A stretch of 57,459 nt of DNA from an uncultured Planctomycetales bacterium (GTDB lineage Bacteria > Omnitrophota > Gorgyraeia > Zapsychrales > Fredricksoniimonadaceae), in NCBI GenBank assembly GCA_964555945.1, contig CAZKUL010000001.1, forward strand, positions 1 to 57,459. Reading direction: 5' to 3'. The stretch's first letter is position 1, and each line of letters opens with the position of its first letter. Positions 40,395-50,228 of this stretch are shown here, one piece after another. The notes beneath the pieces are model-generated. The model ran no database searches and had not been told where the DNA came from. It saw nothing but the letters and a program-made list of their open reading frames with translations. The translations under genes were made by a program, and so were the position numbers.

Positions 40395-41779
40395 TAACTG
40401 ATGTGACCGTATTTGTACATATCCTTCATCTCCACAGGTATTCCCCAATCATTGGCTCCAACATTGTCGTGGAGCCTGGAGAACTCATTTCTGTAGTGAC
40501 TTTCGACATCCTCCAGAAGCCTATTTTTAGATGGATTAAAGTCATGCTGGTATAGCGCATTAATGGTGTGCTTGACATACTTATCGATGGCTTCTTCTCT
40601 CGAATATAGCCGGGTAAGTTTACGTTCAGGACTATAAAGATTCATGTCAATGGTAGATGTTCCCGATATGACAAGGTCGCAGAGATATTCCGCTATCACA
40701 GGCGAACAGTGCAGACCATCCCTCTTGGTGCCCGTTGCCACAATAAGACCTTCGAGTGAAGTGGGACCAATGAGTGGAAGTGTATCTGAACTGGTAGGAC
40801 GCCAGCCCACATTCACTCTGAGGAGGTGACTTCTGTAATAGTCTGTGTTGATTTGTTCCATGACGCCTTTGAGCAGGCTGTACACAGAAGTTAGCCTAGG
40901 CGAATACTCCGGCACCGGGCTTATAAAATTACTTGCACCAATGACCACCTCCGTTTTAGTTTGGGGGGCTGAGTAAAGTCCACAGGACAGGCCTCGATTA
41001 GGCGTACGAATGCAGTTTTCGGTAGCGCTTTCTTCACACCCAATGACGATCGTGCAGCCGACGCCATAAAAAACCCTTTGAAAATTGCTTTCCATCCCAG
41101 AACGTTTGATCAGGTTAGTAAATTCGGCACCATTACACAAAAGGACCTTCTGAGATTCTATTTCCACTCCACTTTCAAGTTTGACTGATTTAACCCTTCC
41201 ATTTTCCGCATGAATGCGCTCACAGTGATCGTCCACCAATTCAACATTGGTACAATTTGACAGTATCTGCTCAAGAGCGTTAATCAGATGTATGGGATTG
41301 ACCCATCCCTCGTTCTTGATAAAAATAGCCTTAGACAAGCGCTTGGCAGCGCTGGGCTTATAATTCTTTATTTCACGGGCTTGGACCTCCCAATGGGGCT
41401 CTCCAAACTCGACCAATGCCTTTGCTATCGCGTCATAATTCCTGTCTTCAAGTTCGTCCGTAGCCGCATTTTTTATCAAAAAAGTCCCAAAACCATACTG
41501 GAGCGGTAATTTACTTTCCTGTTTTATTTTTTCAAGAAGTCCAGGCCAGAGACTGTTGGACTTTTTATTAAAAAGAAACCGTCCGTGTTCGATTTTATTC
41601 GAAAGGGTTCCTTCCTCAATCTCACAAAAAGAATTGAACATGGCCGCTGCCGCCAATGATGCACAGCCAATCCTGCTACGTTTTCCGATGAGTTTGATCT
41701 TTAAATCCGGGGCGCGTTCTGAAAGGACATAAGCCGTCATCATGCCTATGATGCCGTTTCCAATTATACAAATTGACAT
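40394..41779 (-). CDS. FAD-dependent oxidoreductase (DAO/glycine-oxidase-like)
   Basis: N-terminal ICIIGNGIIGMMTA dinucleotide fold. 461 aa. Confidence 0.7.
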   Translation of the reverse strand: MSICIIGNGIIGMMTAYVLSERAPDLKIKLIGKRSRIGCASLAAAAMFNSFCEIEEGTLSNKIEHGRFLFNKKSNSLWPGLLEKIKQESKLPLQYGFGTFLIKNAATDELEDRNYDAIAKALVEFGEPHWEVQAREIKNYKPSAAKRLSKAIFIKNEGWVNPIHLINALEQILSNCTNVELVDDHCERIHAENGRVKSVKLESGVEIESQKVLLCNGAEFTNLIKRSGMESNFQRVFYGVGCTIVIGCEESATENCIRTPNRGLSCGLYSAPQTKTEVVIGASNFISPVPEYSPRLTSVYSLLKGVMEQINTDYYRSHLLRVNVGWRPTSSDTLPLIGPTSLEGLIVATGTKRDGLHCSPVIAEYLCDLVISGTSTIDMNLYSPERKLTRLYSREEAIDKYVKHTINALYQHDFNPSKNRLLEDVESHYRNEFSRLHDNVGANDWGIPVEMKDMYKYGHIS

Positions 41780-41782
41780 GGT

Positions 41783-42547
41783 TTACCCTTTAATGAAGTA
41801 GCAGAGACCTGGGTATGTAGCACATCTATGGATTGTATGGGAGTATTTATTAATGATTTTCTCCGAATAGACGCTACCTTCCGCCGATATGCCTTTTCGG
41901 GTCAATTGCCAGAATGCCATCACGCCTGCGGGTATCGTGCGTTTGTATATGGCATCAAAAGCTTCGAGTGTTGGTTCATAAGAATTGACATCAAAGAAGG
42001 CCAGCGCCACAAATTCATTTCTTTGGTTATTAAAAAAATCAGGTATGGTTTTTCTGCAGTCACCAGAAATGACAGAATGTTTGCCGAAATTATGCCCCAT
42101 GGCATTATTTCTTTCATGGAGTTCCAACAGCTTACGTAAATACCTCGCGTAACTCTCTCCCACTTTATAAGTGCCATTACGATGAATTTTTGTCGGCTCA
42201 TCATTTTCTCCGAAACCCTTATACCCCGTGAAGGTATCAAAACAGACGATCCGGCGGTTTAAATGTAAGGGTTCGTAAATCGCTCTTAAATTCTCGCAAA
42301 GTACCGCGGTTTGTCCGCGCCACGTGCCTATATCCATGATGATGCCAGGCTTTTCTACAATGAGTTTGTATACATCTGCGATGGCCAAAAACCTGGCCAA
42401 CAGCGATCCCCGGACAAAGAGTCCAAGCGATCTTTCTCTTTCATCTGTTGTAGCAGAATATTCTATGAGCAATTTAAATAGGGCCTCCCTGGCACGAAGG
42501 CTTTCTTTCGAGGAATAAGTCATCGCTGCGGATTCGTGTTTAGTCAT
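41783..42547 (-). CDS. TylF/MycF-like sugar O-methyltransferase
   Basis: GIIMDIGTWRGQTAV ... IVCFDTFTGYKGF ... GDCRKTIP ... FFDVNSYEPT pattern, typical of the macrocin-O-methyltransferase family. Confidence 0.55.
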   Translation of the reverse strand: MTKHESAAMTYSSKESLRAREALFKLLIEYSATTDERERSLGLFVRGSLLARFLAIADVYKLIVEKPGIIMDIGTWRGQTAVLCENLRAIYEPLHLNRRIVCFDTFTGYKGFGENDEPTKIHRNGTYKVGESYARYLRKLLELHERNNAMGHNFGKHSVISGDCRKTIPDFFNNQRNEFVALAFFDVNSYEPTLEAFDAIYKRTIPAGVMAFWQLTRKGISAEGSVYSEKIINKYSHTIHRCATYPGLCYFIKG

Positions 42548-42655
42548 TTCTATATCCCATTAAAATTAATTTTATATAAACTTATTGAAGTCTCAGTTAA
42601 GTTTATCATTCCCACCGGTATTTTCAAATGTAATCGTAGATTGTTAAGAATTTCA

Positions 42656-43369
42656 TCAATGAACATACTTCATGAAACGGGGCGCAGATTTACCGCAGTT
42701 AAACAACAAATCAAGAATGGTAACGCCATGGATAAATTTACCCCAGAGTTGAGGATATTCAGGATAACTTGAGTAATCAAACCAAGTTAGCTTGATGCCT
42801 TTCTCCGTGAACGCATTCTCTTCAATATAATCCTTGGCTGCAGGACCTGAGAGGTATTCCCTGCCTCCTGCCTGAACACATAACTCGACCAAACGTTCCG
42901 TCTTACCTTCAAGAAGGACATATTCCCATGAATGGCGAATGACTGTCTTTATTCCCAAGTAATCACATGCCGCCCTGATTAACTTACGATTAAGCTCTGA
43001 AAGGTGGGTGTATTTCTCAGCAAGATACAAGGGCTCAAGCCATTGCGCAATTTCTTCAAAATGTGGCGCACGGCAATAGTTGTGCGTCAGCGTATTCCAG
43101 TGGATCTTGGCCCAGTCCGATCCCTCAATCATGGTATCCCGTATGGTCTGATGGTACTTTCCTTTTGCTTGCACTGGGACCGTCAGCCACTGTTCTCCTC
43201 GAGGGGTCTTGATTTTATTGCGGTTGCGCCAATCTCGCCTCGTATATTGCATGTCATCATAGAGGATAAACTCATCCACCGCGGCAATCACGTCGAAATA
43301 ACCTTTCCAGGGGATGTAATTCGATTGAAGGATGGCAACTTTCTTCATTCTTCTCATTGCCTCCATCAT
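42656..43369 (-). CDS. WbqC-family protein
   Basis: [54 protein letters not shown], a characteristic WbqC N-terminus. ATGA overlap with the upstream GT2 gene. Confidence 0.75.
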   Translation of the reverse strand: MMEAMRRMKKVAILQSNYIPWKGYFDVIAAVDEFILYDDMQYTRRDWRNRNKIKTPRGEQWLTVPVQAKGKYHQTIRDTMIEGSDWAKIHWNTLTHNYCRAPHFEEIAQWLEPLYLAEKYTHLSELNRKLIRAACDYLGIKTVIRHSWEYVLLEGKTERLVELCVQAGGREYLSGPAAKDYIEENAFTEKGIKLTWFDYSSYPEYPQLWGKFIHGVTILDLLFNCGKSAPRFMKYVH

Positions 43370-44307
43370 GTGACCTTGTTGATAATATATAATGGGCGTT
43401 TTTTACTTTCACTAAAGGTCTTGCCGAGATAAATGCCGATAATGCCAAGGAAAGCGATGATAATACCACCAATGAAATACATAGAAACGATTATACTGCT
43501 CCAACCCAAGACTGAAACTCCATATACCTTGGCTCTTATCAAAAAATACAAGCCCATACAGAAAGCAAAAGATGCCATGAGGAAACCGAATTGGATGGCA
43601 AACCGTAATGGTTTGTCAGAATAGGCGATTAAACCCTCAAAACCCAACTTTAAAAGCTTGGCCAGACTGTAGCTGGACTTGCCTTTGGGACGTTGCGCGT
43701 GTTCGATCTCTACGCTGGCGGTTGGAAAGCCCATCCAATGAAGTAATCCCCCGAAAACCCGCAAATGTTCACGCATAAGGCAAAAGTTAACTACCACCTT
43801 TCTCGATATAATGCACATGCTGCTGTTTCCGCCATCTTTGTCCATATCCGTCAAATAACTGAATAATCTGTAAAATAGGCGTGAGGCCACTCTTTTAAGA
43901 AATGGATGCCGCCGTTTGGAACATCTCGCTAATATCACGTCATAACCTTCCTGGGCTTTAGCATACAGGCGTGGGATTTCTTCGGGACGTTCTTGCAAAT
44001 CGCAATCCATCACCACGACCCAATCGCCATGGGAATGATCTAAACCTGCAGTAATGCCATAATGCTGGCCAAAGTTACGGCTGAACTGGATGCCATGGAC
44101 ACGCGAATCTTCACGGGCAAGCTTCTCAATAATTTTCCATGAGTTATCCCCGCCACAGTCTTCAACAAGAATTATTTCAAAATTAGATGAAATACTCTCC
44201 AGAGCGGCCATAAGGCGCTTATATAACTCATCAAGACACTCCTCCGCCCTATAAACCGGAATAACTACAGAAATATGGGGAGTTGAAGGTATTGGGCCAT
44301 CTGTCAT
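43366..44307 (-). CDS. GT2 polyprenyl-phosphate glycosyltransferase (ArnC/GtrB/DPM1-like)
   Basis: [35 protein letters not shown], and two C-terminal TM helices. Confidence 0.8.
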   Translation of the reverse strand: MTDGPIPSTPHISVVIPVYRAEECLDELYKRLMAALESISSNFEIILVEDCGGDNSWKIIEKLAREDSRVHGIQFSRNFGQHYGITAGLDHSHGDWVVVMDCDLQERPEEIPRLYAKAQEGYDVILARCSKRRHPFLKRVASRLFYRLFSYLTDMDKDGGNSSMCIISRKVVVNFCLMREHLRVFGGLLHWMGFPTASVEIEHAQRPKGKSSYSLAKLLKLGFEGLIAYSDKPLRFAIQFGFLMASFAFCMGLYFLIRAKVYGVSVLGWSSIIVSMYFIGGIIIAFLGIIGIYLGKTFSESKKRPLYIINKVT

Positions 44308-44352
44308 AGAGAGTACCTGTCTGGAGATTTATTTGAATATATCACAAAATTA

Positions 44353-46230
44353 TTATTTAACAACGCTCAAAGTTTTATTAATTGGATTATTCGAAATAAT
44401 GAGATAATTCTCATTGGCAGCATAATTCCGATAGTTTAGACTGTTGATTATATCCAAATATTCCAGGATTTCTACCCTGGGCACAACAATATAATAACCT
44501 TTCTTCAACTGATTATTCAAAAAATGAGCATAATCCTTCCAGAAAATCCAGCTGGCCATATAACAATGATAATCTTGAGGCAGGGAATATTTCCCAAAAT
44601 AGCAGAAAAAGAAATCCTTCTCGCTCAGGAAAATGACATTGGGACTGTTAAGGGACAGAGCTCTCAAAGTTGAAAAATCGAAAAACGCGACATTTGAACA
44701 CGGGGAGTAAAAAAAACGGTGGGCCTTGAAATTTGAAAACTGTGCGCTTAGTAAATAAACCGCTCGGCCGGCATATTGGAAACTGACCACAAGGACCACC
44801 ATAGACGCAGCCACAGGAACAACAAATCGGATAAATTTGGAATGAGAATACTTGAATTCAATAGAAAATAAGTCCAATAATAAAAAAAAAGCCACGAAGA
44901 ACCCTGCGGCGATATTGACAATGTTATTCTCATGGCTCCGGTAAAAAAAATAAGCCGAATTGCCAATGTCCAGCGCCAATATAAAAATTCCAGTTTCAAA
45001 ATATTGGGGAGACAGCAAAGGCCTGTTCTTCCATAACAATAAAAATATGGATGCAAATAAAATCGGCATGTACCAATAAAACGAGTGACGACTGATCGCT
45101 ATAAATCCATACCCAGCTTTTAGGAAAAGACTAGTTGGATTCACGGACGGCTGTAGAAAAAATTTATAAAGTAAAAACCCTGCAAATATATAAATAAAGT
45201 TCTTACGACATAGGGAAAAGAATTTAGAAAGAAGATCAACATATGAATTTTTTCTACTGGTTCCCTCAAGAATGATTAACATAAGTACGAGAAGAAAATA
45301 AGACATCGAGTAGATAAAGCCGAATGAATGGTGAAAAATAATAAGGAATCCGAGAGTAACACCAATGGTCCAATGATATATGGTTTTCCAATAGGCCAGT
45401 GCCAGCAACACAAGCCACCAGTCTAAACGCAAGGGCGTGACTTGATAGGCTTGATCCATCTGCCCTAAATTACCGTACATTTCAGTAATGACAATACTTA
45501 GAAGCAGATAGACTGCTAACTGTTTATTGTCAAAAAATTTTCTTGCAAATAAATAGCACCCAAAAAAAAGAGCGAAGAAAGATAGCCTTCCCAATAAAGG
45601 AATTGTGTCTAAGGGAAATATCCTCATCCATAACGCTGATATCATGGACATAAAATAATCATAAAGACAGAAGGACTTATTTAAAGGTATCCCTTGTAAA
45701 AACCTCCATGCAGGACTCAATATGAAGCTCCAATCGAGTTCATTGATGGGGGATGCCGTAACCAGGCATAGTTCTAGCAAAACTGCAAATATTAAAATTG
45801 GCAGCCAGGGTGCTTTATAATTGGTGGAAAGGAACATAGTAACCAAAAGCACTATGCTTACAAAAATAATCCCGGACAGTGACCTCGTTGGAAAAGCCAT
45901 AGGAAGATAAAATCCTACGCTTATAAATAAAACAGATGACATCCCCATAAAGAGAATTAAAAAAATGTTTCTTATGACTGTTTTTCTTAAATTCAAGAAA
46001 AAACCATGCAAAATCAAAGAAAGCACCGGGCTCAAAAACACAATTAAACACAGGACATATACCTGAATCCCGCTATGTTCATTGATCATCGCACGTTTCG
46101 GCGGAAAGTATTCATTGATCGGGTAAGGCTCACTTAATGACCAGATGACGGGAGAAAAATAATAAAATAGCCAATATAAACAAGAGGTCACGCTGCTTGC
46201 TATTAGAATAATGAGAGGAATAGAAGGCAT
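44353..46230 (-). CDS. large polytopic membrane protein, unknown (GT-C or polymerase-like)
   Basis: 625 aa with more than 12 predicted TM helices and no soluble catalytic motif that I recognise. Sits between the two ArnC-like GT2 genes. Confidence 0.55.
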   Translation of the reverse strand: MPSIPLIILIASSVTSCLYWLFYYFSPVIWSLSEPYPINEYFPPKRAMINEHSGIQVYVLCLIVFLSPVLSLILHGFFLNLRKTVIRNIFLILFMGMSSVLFISVGFYLPMAFPTRSLSGIIFVSIVLLVTMFLSTNYKAPWLPILIFAVLLELCLVTASPINELDWSFILSPAWRFLQGIPLNKSFCLYDYFMSMISALWMRIFPLDTIPLLGRLSFFALFFGCYLFARKFFDNKQLAVYLLLSIVITEMYGNLGQMDQAYQVTPLRLDWWLVLLALAYWKTIYHWTIGVTLGFLIIFHHSFGFIYSMSYFLLVLMLIILEGTSRKNSYVDLLSKFFSLCRKNFIYIFAGFLLYKFFLQPSVNPTSLFLKAGYGFIAISRHSFYWYMPILFASIFLLLWKNRPLLSPQYFETGIFILALDIGNSAYFFYRSHENNIVNIAAGFFVAFFLLLDLFSIEFKYSHSKFIRFVVPVAASMVVLVVSFQYAGRAVYLLSAQFSNFKAHRFFYSPCSNVAFFDFSTLRALSLNSPNVIFLSEKDFFFCYFGKYSLPQDYHCYMASWIFWKDYAHFLNNQLKKGYYIVVPRVEILEYLDIINSLNYRNYAANENYLIISNNPINKTLSVVK

Positions 46231-46242
46231 AAAATGAGGGTA

Positions 46243-47175
46243 CTAATCTTTATGGCGCACTATGCTTTTCACAATATATTTAGGGCGTGCTTTAACTTCT
46301 TCGAAAATTTTCCCTATATACTGCCCAAGTATGCTGATTCCTAACAGTTGGATAGCTCCCATAAAAAGGACCGCAATCAGGATAGTGCTATAGCCACGAG
46401 GCGTGGCGGGATCAATAAAACGCAAGATCAGTTGGGCGACAATGCCGAGCAATGCTACAAAAAAAATAGCCAGAGAGAACAATGTCATGATTTCCAAGGG
46501 AATGTATGAAAATGAAAAAATCCCTTTGGTCGCCCAATTAAAATTCCTAAAGAAATTATTTGTCGTTTGGCCAAACATCCTTTCCGGGCGGACATAAGAA
46601 ACACCTGTTTGTTTAAAGCCCGTCCAGGCACGTAAACCCCGCAGAAACCTGTCCCGCTCAGGAAATGCTTTCATGATCTCCACGACCCTCCTGTCCATCA
46701 AGGAGAAATCACCGGCATTTAAAGGGATTTTGATATAGGAAAGTTTATGAAAAATACGATAAAACAATTTATAGGCCATTTGCATGAGTAAGGGGGCTTC
46801 ACGCTTGGCCCTCACCCCGTAAACGACATCAAATCCCTCCATCCATTTCTTATAAAATTCCTCTATTATCTCCGGAGGGTCCTGGAGGTCGCCATCCAAT
46901 AGAACAACAGCATCTCCCGTGGCAATATCCATGCCGCTGGTGAAGGCCATTTGGGAAGAGAAATTGCGGGAATGGTTAACTGCAATGACATGGGGATCTT
47001 GACCCGCCAGCCCTTGCAAAATCATTTCCGTGTTATCAGGACTGCCATCATTGACAAAAATGATTTCATAATCGACACCGATCTTCAGAAACGTCTGAGT
47101 AAGCCTTTCGCGCATGTAGGGAATGGCCTGCTCATCCTTGTAACAGGCGATCACGGCAGAAATCTTTTTTGCCAT
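46243..47175 (-). CDS. GT2 polyprenyl-phosphate glycosyltransferase (ArnC/GtrB-like), second copy
   Basis: SAVIACYKDEQAI, FVNDGSPDNT, LLDGDLQDPPEII, and two C-terminal TM helices. Confidence 0.8.
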   Translation of the reverse strand: MAKKISAVIACYKDEQAIPYMRERLTQTFLKIGVDYEIIFVNDGSPDNTEMILQGLAGQDPHVIAVNHSRNFSSQMAFTSGMDIATGDAVVLLDGDLQDPPEIIEEFYKKWMEGFDVVYGVRAKREAPLLMQMAYKLFYRIFHKLSYIKIPLNAGDFSLMDRRVVEIMKAFPERDRFLRGLRAWTGFKQTGVSYVRPERMFGQTTNNFFRNFNWATKGIFSFSYIPLEIMTLFSLAIFFVALLGIVAQLILRFIDPATPRGYSTILIAVLFMGAIQLLGISILGQYIGKIFEEVKARPKYIVKSIVRHKD

Positions 47176-47184
47176 ATGTATCTC

Positions 47185-47688
47185 CTACTTTCTTAAATTC
47201 AAATAAAATGGGACGGGGCGGGAAAGCATTTCTTCTATCATTAACGGCAATTGCGCCACGTCATCAGGCCAGAAAGATTCAACCTTATTTAAAATCCTGA
47301 GTATGGCCCTGTCTTCCTCAGCCCAATGAGAGAAGCCATCATGGACGTAGTCCTTCCCGCGACCGGAAGCAACCAGCTTGACGGGGATCTGCTCATGGTT
47401 TATGTAATTGCGTAATGTTTCAAAAGGTCTGTACAGTAAAAATGGCGTAATGGAGTATACAATCGGGACCTTACCTTCAAGAGCCAATCCTACCGCCATA
47501 CCCATCATGGCCTGTTCTGAGGCCCCCACATTGATAAAACGCTTAGGGTAGTCATCACGGATCATGTCCCACATTTTATAACCCAGATCAGCAGTGAGGA
47601 CCCAAATGTCTTTATTGCGCGCCATATGCTGGTATAAAATATCCGCAAAACACCTGCGCATGCGAGGCGGTTGAGAAGCCTGATTCAT
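47185..47688 (-). CDS. transketolase-family protein, pyrimidine-binding (C-terminal-section) subunit, short form
   Basis: ..VLTADLGYKMWDMIRDDYPKRFINVGASEQAMMGMAVGLALEGKVPIVYSITPFLLYRPFE... At only 167 aa it lacks the usual C-terminal domain. ATGA overlap with the N-subunit gene. Confidence 0.7.
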   Translation of the reverse strand: MNQASQPPRMRRCFADILYQHMARNKDIWVLTADLGYKMWDMIRDDYPKRFINVGASEQAMMGMAVGLALEGKVPIVYSITPFLLYRPFETLRNYINHEQIPVKLVASGRGKDYVHDGFSHWAEEDRAILRILNKVESFWPDDVAQLPLMIEEMLSRPVPFYLNLRK

Positions 47689-48407
47689 TTTAATGCCTCC
47701 ATGGCCATCGTATAATCCTCTGCATTCATCACATAGTAATGGGCATCCAGGCCTTTAAGGAAAGGGAATTGTTCAACGTCTGTTCTGGCAAATAGGATAG
47801 ATTCCCCTCCTTCACCCTCCAAGAGCGCTTTATCCAGATCAGCTAATGAATGTCCGTCAATTTCAATGGCCCTCGCACCAAAACCCTCAAACTGCGCCTT
47901 TAGTCTTTGTGGCATAACCGGCATATAGGCGGCCCACCCATTAACATTAACAATCAGTTTAAGATTCCTGATTTTTTGTTCAACCAGAATCCGCAATGAT
48001 TCCCAAATGCTTCCCTCAGCGCATTCTCCATCTGAGATCATACAAAAGATATTCCGTTGCGGATCTGCCAGGGCCATCCCTAACGCAATAGGAAGACCTT
48101 GCCCAAGACTACCTGTCGAAACCCAAAGTCCTTTCTCAAGCGAACGATCGGGATGGATATGTAAGCCCTCCAAAGAAGCCAGGTCCAACAAGCCTTCTTG
48201 TTCGAGAACTACATATAAAGCCAGTCCTGCTTGCCCATTGGATAGAACAAATTTATCACCAGGGCCTTTGATTTGGTAAATGGCTATCATGACATCCAGA
48301 GCGCTAAGACAAGACCCTAAATGGGACAATTTCTCCCGGTAGGACACCTCCAGCAATCGGCGTCTTAATTGTTTCTGTATGGGGGAAAAGCCCTGTAAGT
48401 TAAACAT
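47685..48407 (-). CDS. transketolase N-terminal (ThDP-binding) subunit
   Basis: HLGSCLSALDVM, STGSLGQGLPIALGMA, and ISDGECAEGSIWES (GDG-type ThDP/Mg motif). Confidence 0.8.
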   Translation of the reverse strand: MFNLQGFSPIQKQLRRRLLEVSYREKLSHLGSCLSALDVMIAIYQIKGPGDKFVLSNGQAGLALYVVLEQEGLLDLASLEGLHIHPDRSLEKGLWVSTGSLGQGLPIALGMALADPQRNIFCMISDGECAEGSIWESLRILVEQKIRNLKLIVNVNGWAAYMPVMPQRLKAQFEGFGARAIEIDGHSLADLDKALLEGEGGESILFARTDVEQFPFLKGLDAHYYVMNAEDYTMAMEALK

Positions 48408-48433
48408 GATTCCATCCTAAGAGTCTGTGCGGC

Positions 48434-49318
48434 CTACTGCCTAACCGGCAATGCTTTGCTCTTTTCATTGGGTACACAAAAAATATTGGTCGTGATTTTT
48501 TGTTGATGATAGAGATCACTTTCCCTGACTTTATCAAGTATCATAAACATACCACTAGGATAATCGTAAGTAAAGAAACTATAGCTCAATTTCTTAAAAA
48601 AAGCTTCAATGGATTCCATTAATTTAGGGTTATATTCAATCATGATATGGGGCCGTTGACTCTCAATGGTTTTGCGCAGTCCCAGTATGACCTCAAAATC
48701 AAAGCCTTCCGAATCAATTTTGATAATATCAGGTTGTAAGCCTAGTTCATCCAAGGGGACAATATCAACACTGCACTCAAAAATCACGATGTTTTTATCA
48801 TGATCCGCAGGTAGATGCTGCTCCAGCATGGTCATATCGACATAATCTTTGATTAATGAGGCAGCTGTATAAATGGGGACTCCATTGTAGGTTGGCACAT
48901 AGAGTATCTTTTGGCATCTAGTACTTCCTGCTCCGATCATTTTAAAATCGAAACGTTTTAATTTCTTTTTTAATTTTCGTAAAGACCTCTCATGACAAAG
49001 ATTTGGTTCAATGGATAAAATGCTGTAATCGCTATGAATATGCCTGAATCCAATGGCCGAGATACCATCATTAGCCCCCACATCTAAAAAAAGACCATCA
49101 CCTTTATGGACCAGGTGGGCAAACCCAAAGTAACTTTTATCATGAGGCAACAGAAAAGGGAAATAGCGGAACATCTGGCGGCCGATAAACCCCGTATAGG
49201 GATTGTAACGCAAAAGCCTGGGGATGGCGATATTGATGCGCCAAAGGCGGATGATGAACTTACGCGCTTGGCGAAAGGTATCCTTAAACTTTCGTAATGG
49301 CATTACGATCAATCCCAT
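48434..49318 (-). CDS. FkbM-family methyltransferase
   Basis: FLDVGANDGISAIGF and IIKIDSEGFDFEVILG motifs. The exact start is uncertain because it overlaps the upstream gene. Confidence 0.7.
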   Translation of the reverse strand: MGLIVMPLRKFKDTFRQARKFIIRLWRINIAIPRLLRYNPYTGFIGRQMFRYFPFLLPHDKSYFGFAHLVHKGDGLFLDVGANDGISAIGFRHIHSDYSILSIEPNLCHERSLRKLKKKLKRFDFKMIGAGSTRCQKILYVPTYNGVPIYTAASLIKDYVDMTMLEQHLPADHDKNIVIFECSVDIVPLDELGLQPDIIKIDSEGFDFEVILGLRKTIESQRPHIMIEYNPKLMESIEAFFKKLSYSFFTYDYPSGMFMILDKVRESDLYHQQKITTNIFCVPNEKSKALPVRQ

Positions 49319-50228
49319 TCAGACTGGCTATGACGCCCATGTTCCCAAGACCTAACTCCAAAGGCAAATTGCCAATGGCTGACCTTTGCAGGAAATCTAA
49401 CAGTAGATTTTTAAAACTCAAAGGCAACGGTACTAATTGCAGCCAATATCTTAAGGGATACCGGTTCATCACATTAAATTCCTTTTGAATGGTATAGCCA
49501 TTGGATTCGAGCATTTTGACGATGGTCAGAGGATTGTAAAGAAAGGGGTGCTCAATATCGAGCATCGGACAAAGAGGCCCGAGGATCCTCGCGGGTAAGG
49601 ACTTAATATTATGCATTATTAAGAATAAACTCCCCTGAGGTTTTAAATATTCCCGGCAATCCTTTAAGAACTGCCTGGGGTCTGAGAGATGGTCAAACAT
49701 TTGAAACCCGCAAATCACATCAAAACAGGCTTTAGGATAGATGCCGCTGCCAAACATGCCATTATAAATCAAGCCTTTCATCTCTCCGGATTGCTCTATG
49801 GCCTCGCAACTTGGCTCTACCCCTTGCACCTGGCTGCAACCTTGCTTCAGCAAAACCTTTAAAAAAAAACCTGGACCGCAACCGATTTCCAACACCCTTC
49901 CCTGCTCATGGAAGGAAGAAAAATTTTTATGAAAATATTGCCCATAAGTCTCAGCCGCAGCCTGAGATAATTGGGGTTGATGGCCATGGCTTTTAGCGTA
50001 AAGGGCACTTAAAGCACTGGGGCTTAAAACAGGGTTAGCGCGCATCAATCCGCATTGATGGCAGAGGACCATCCGGTAATGCAAACGGTCCGGAAGACGA
50101 CGGGCGGAAAAAACTTCAGGGTTTAAATCCTCACAACGAAAGTTTGCGCCATATACCTCGCGATCATGGGCATCAGTCGGACAAATGGCGCATGTGGTCT
50201 TTATGAGTTCATCAGCGAAAGAATTCAT
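49284..50228 (-). CDS. class I SAM-dependent methyltransferase with N-terminal Cys4 zinc-ribbon-like segment
   Basis: CAICPTD...CHQCG, then LEIGCGPGFF. Start set at MNSFADE, an ATGA overlap with the epimerase stop. Confidence 0.7.
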   Translation of the reverse strand: MNSFADELIKTTCAICPTDAHDREVYGANFRCEDLNPEVFSARRLPDRLHYRMVLCHQCGLMRANPVLSPSALSALYAKSHGHQPQLSQAAAETYGQYFHKNFSSFHEQGRVLEIGCGPGFFLKVLLKQGCSQVQGVEPSCEAIEQSGEMKGLIYNGMFGSGIYPKACFDVICGFQMFDHLSDPRQFLKDCREYLKPQGSLFLIMHNIKSLPARILGPLCPMLDIEHPFLYNPLTIVKMLESNGYTIQKEFNVMNRYPLRYWLQLVPLPLSFKNLLLDFLQRSAIGNLPLELGLGNMGVIASLNGIDRNAITKV

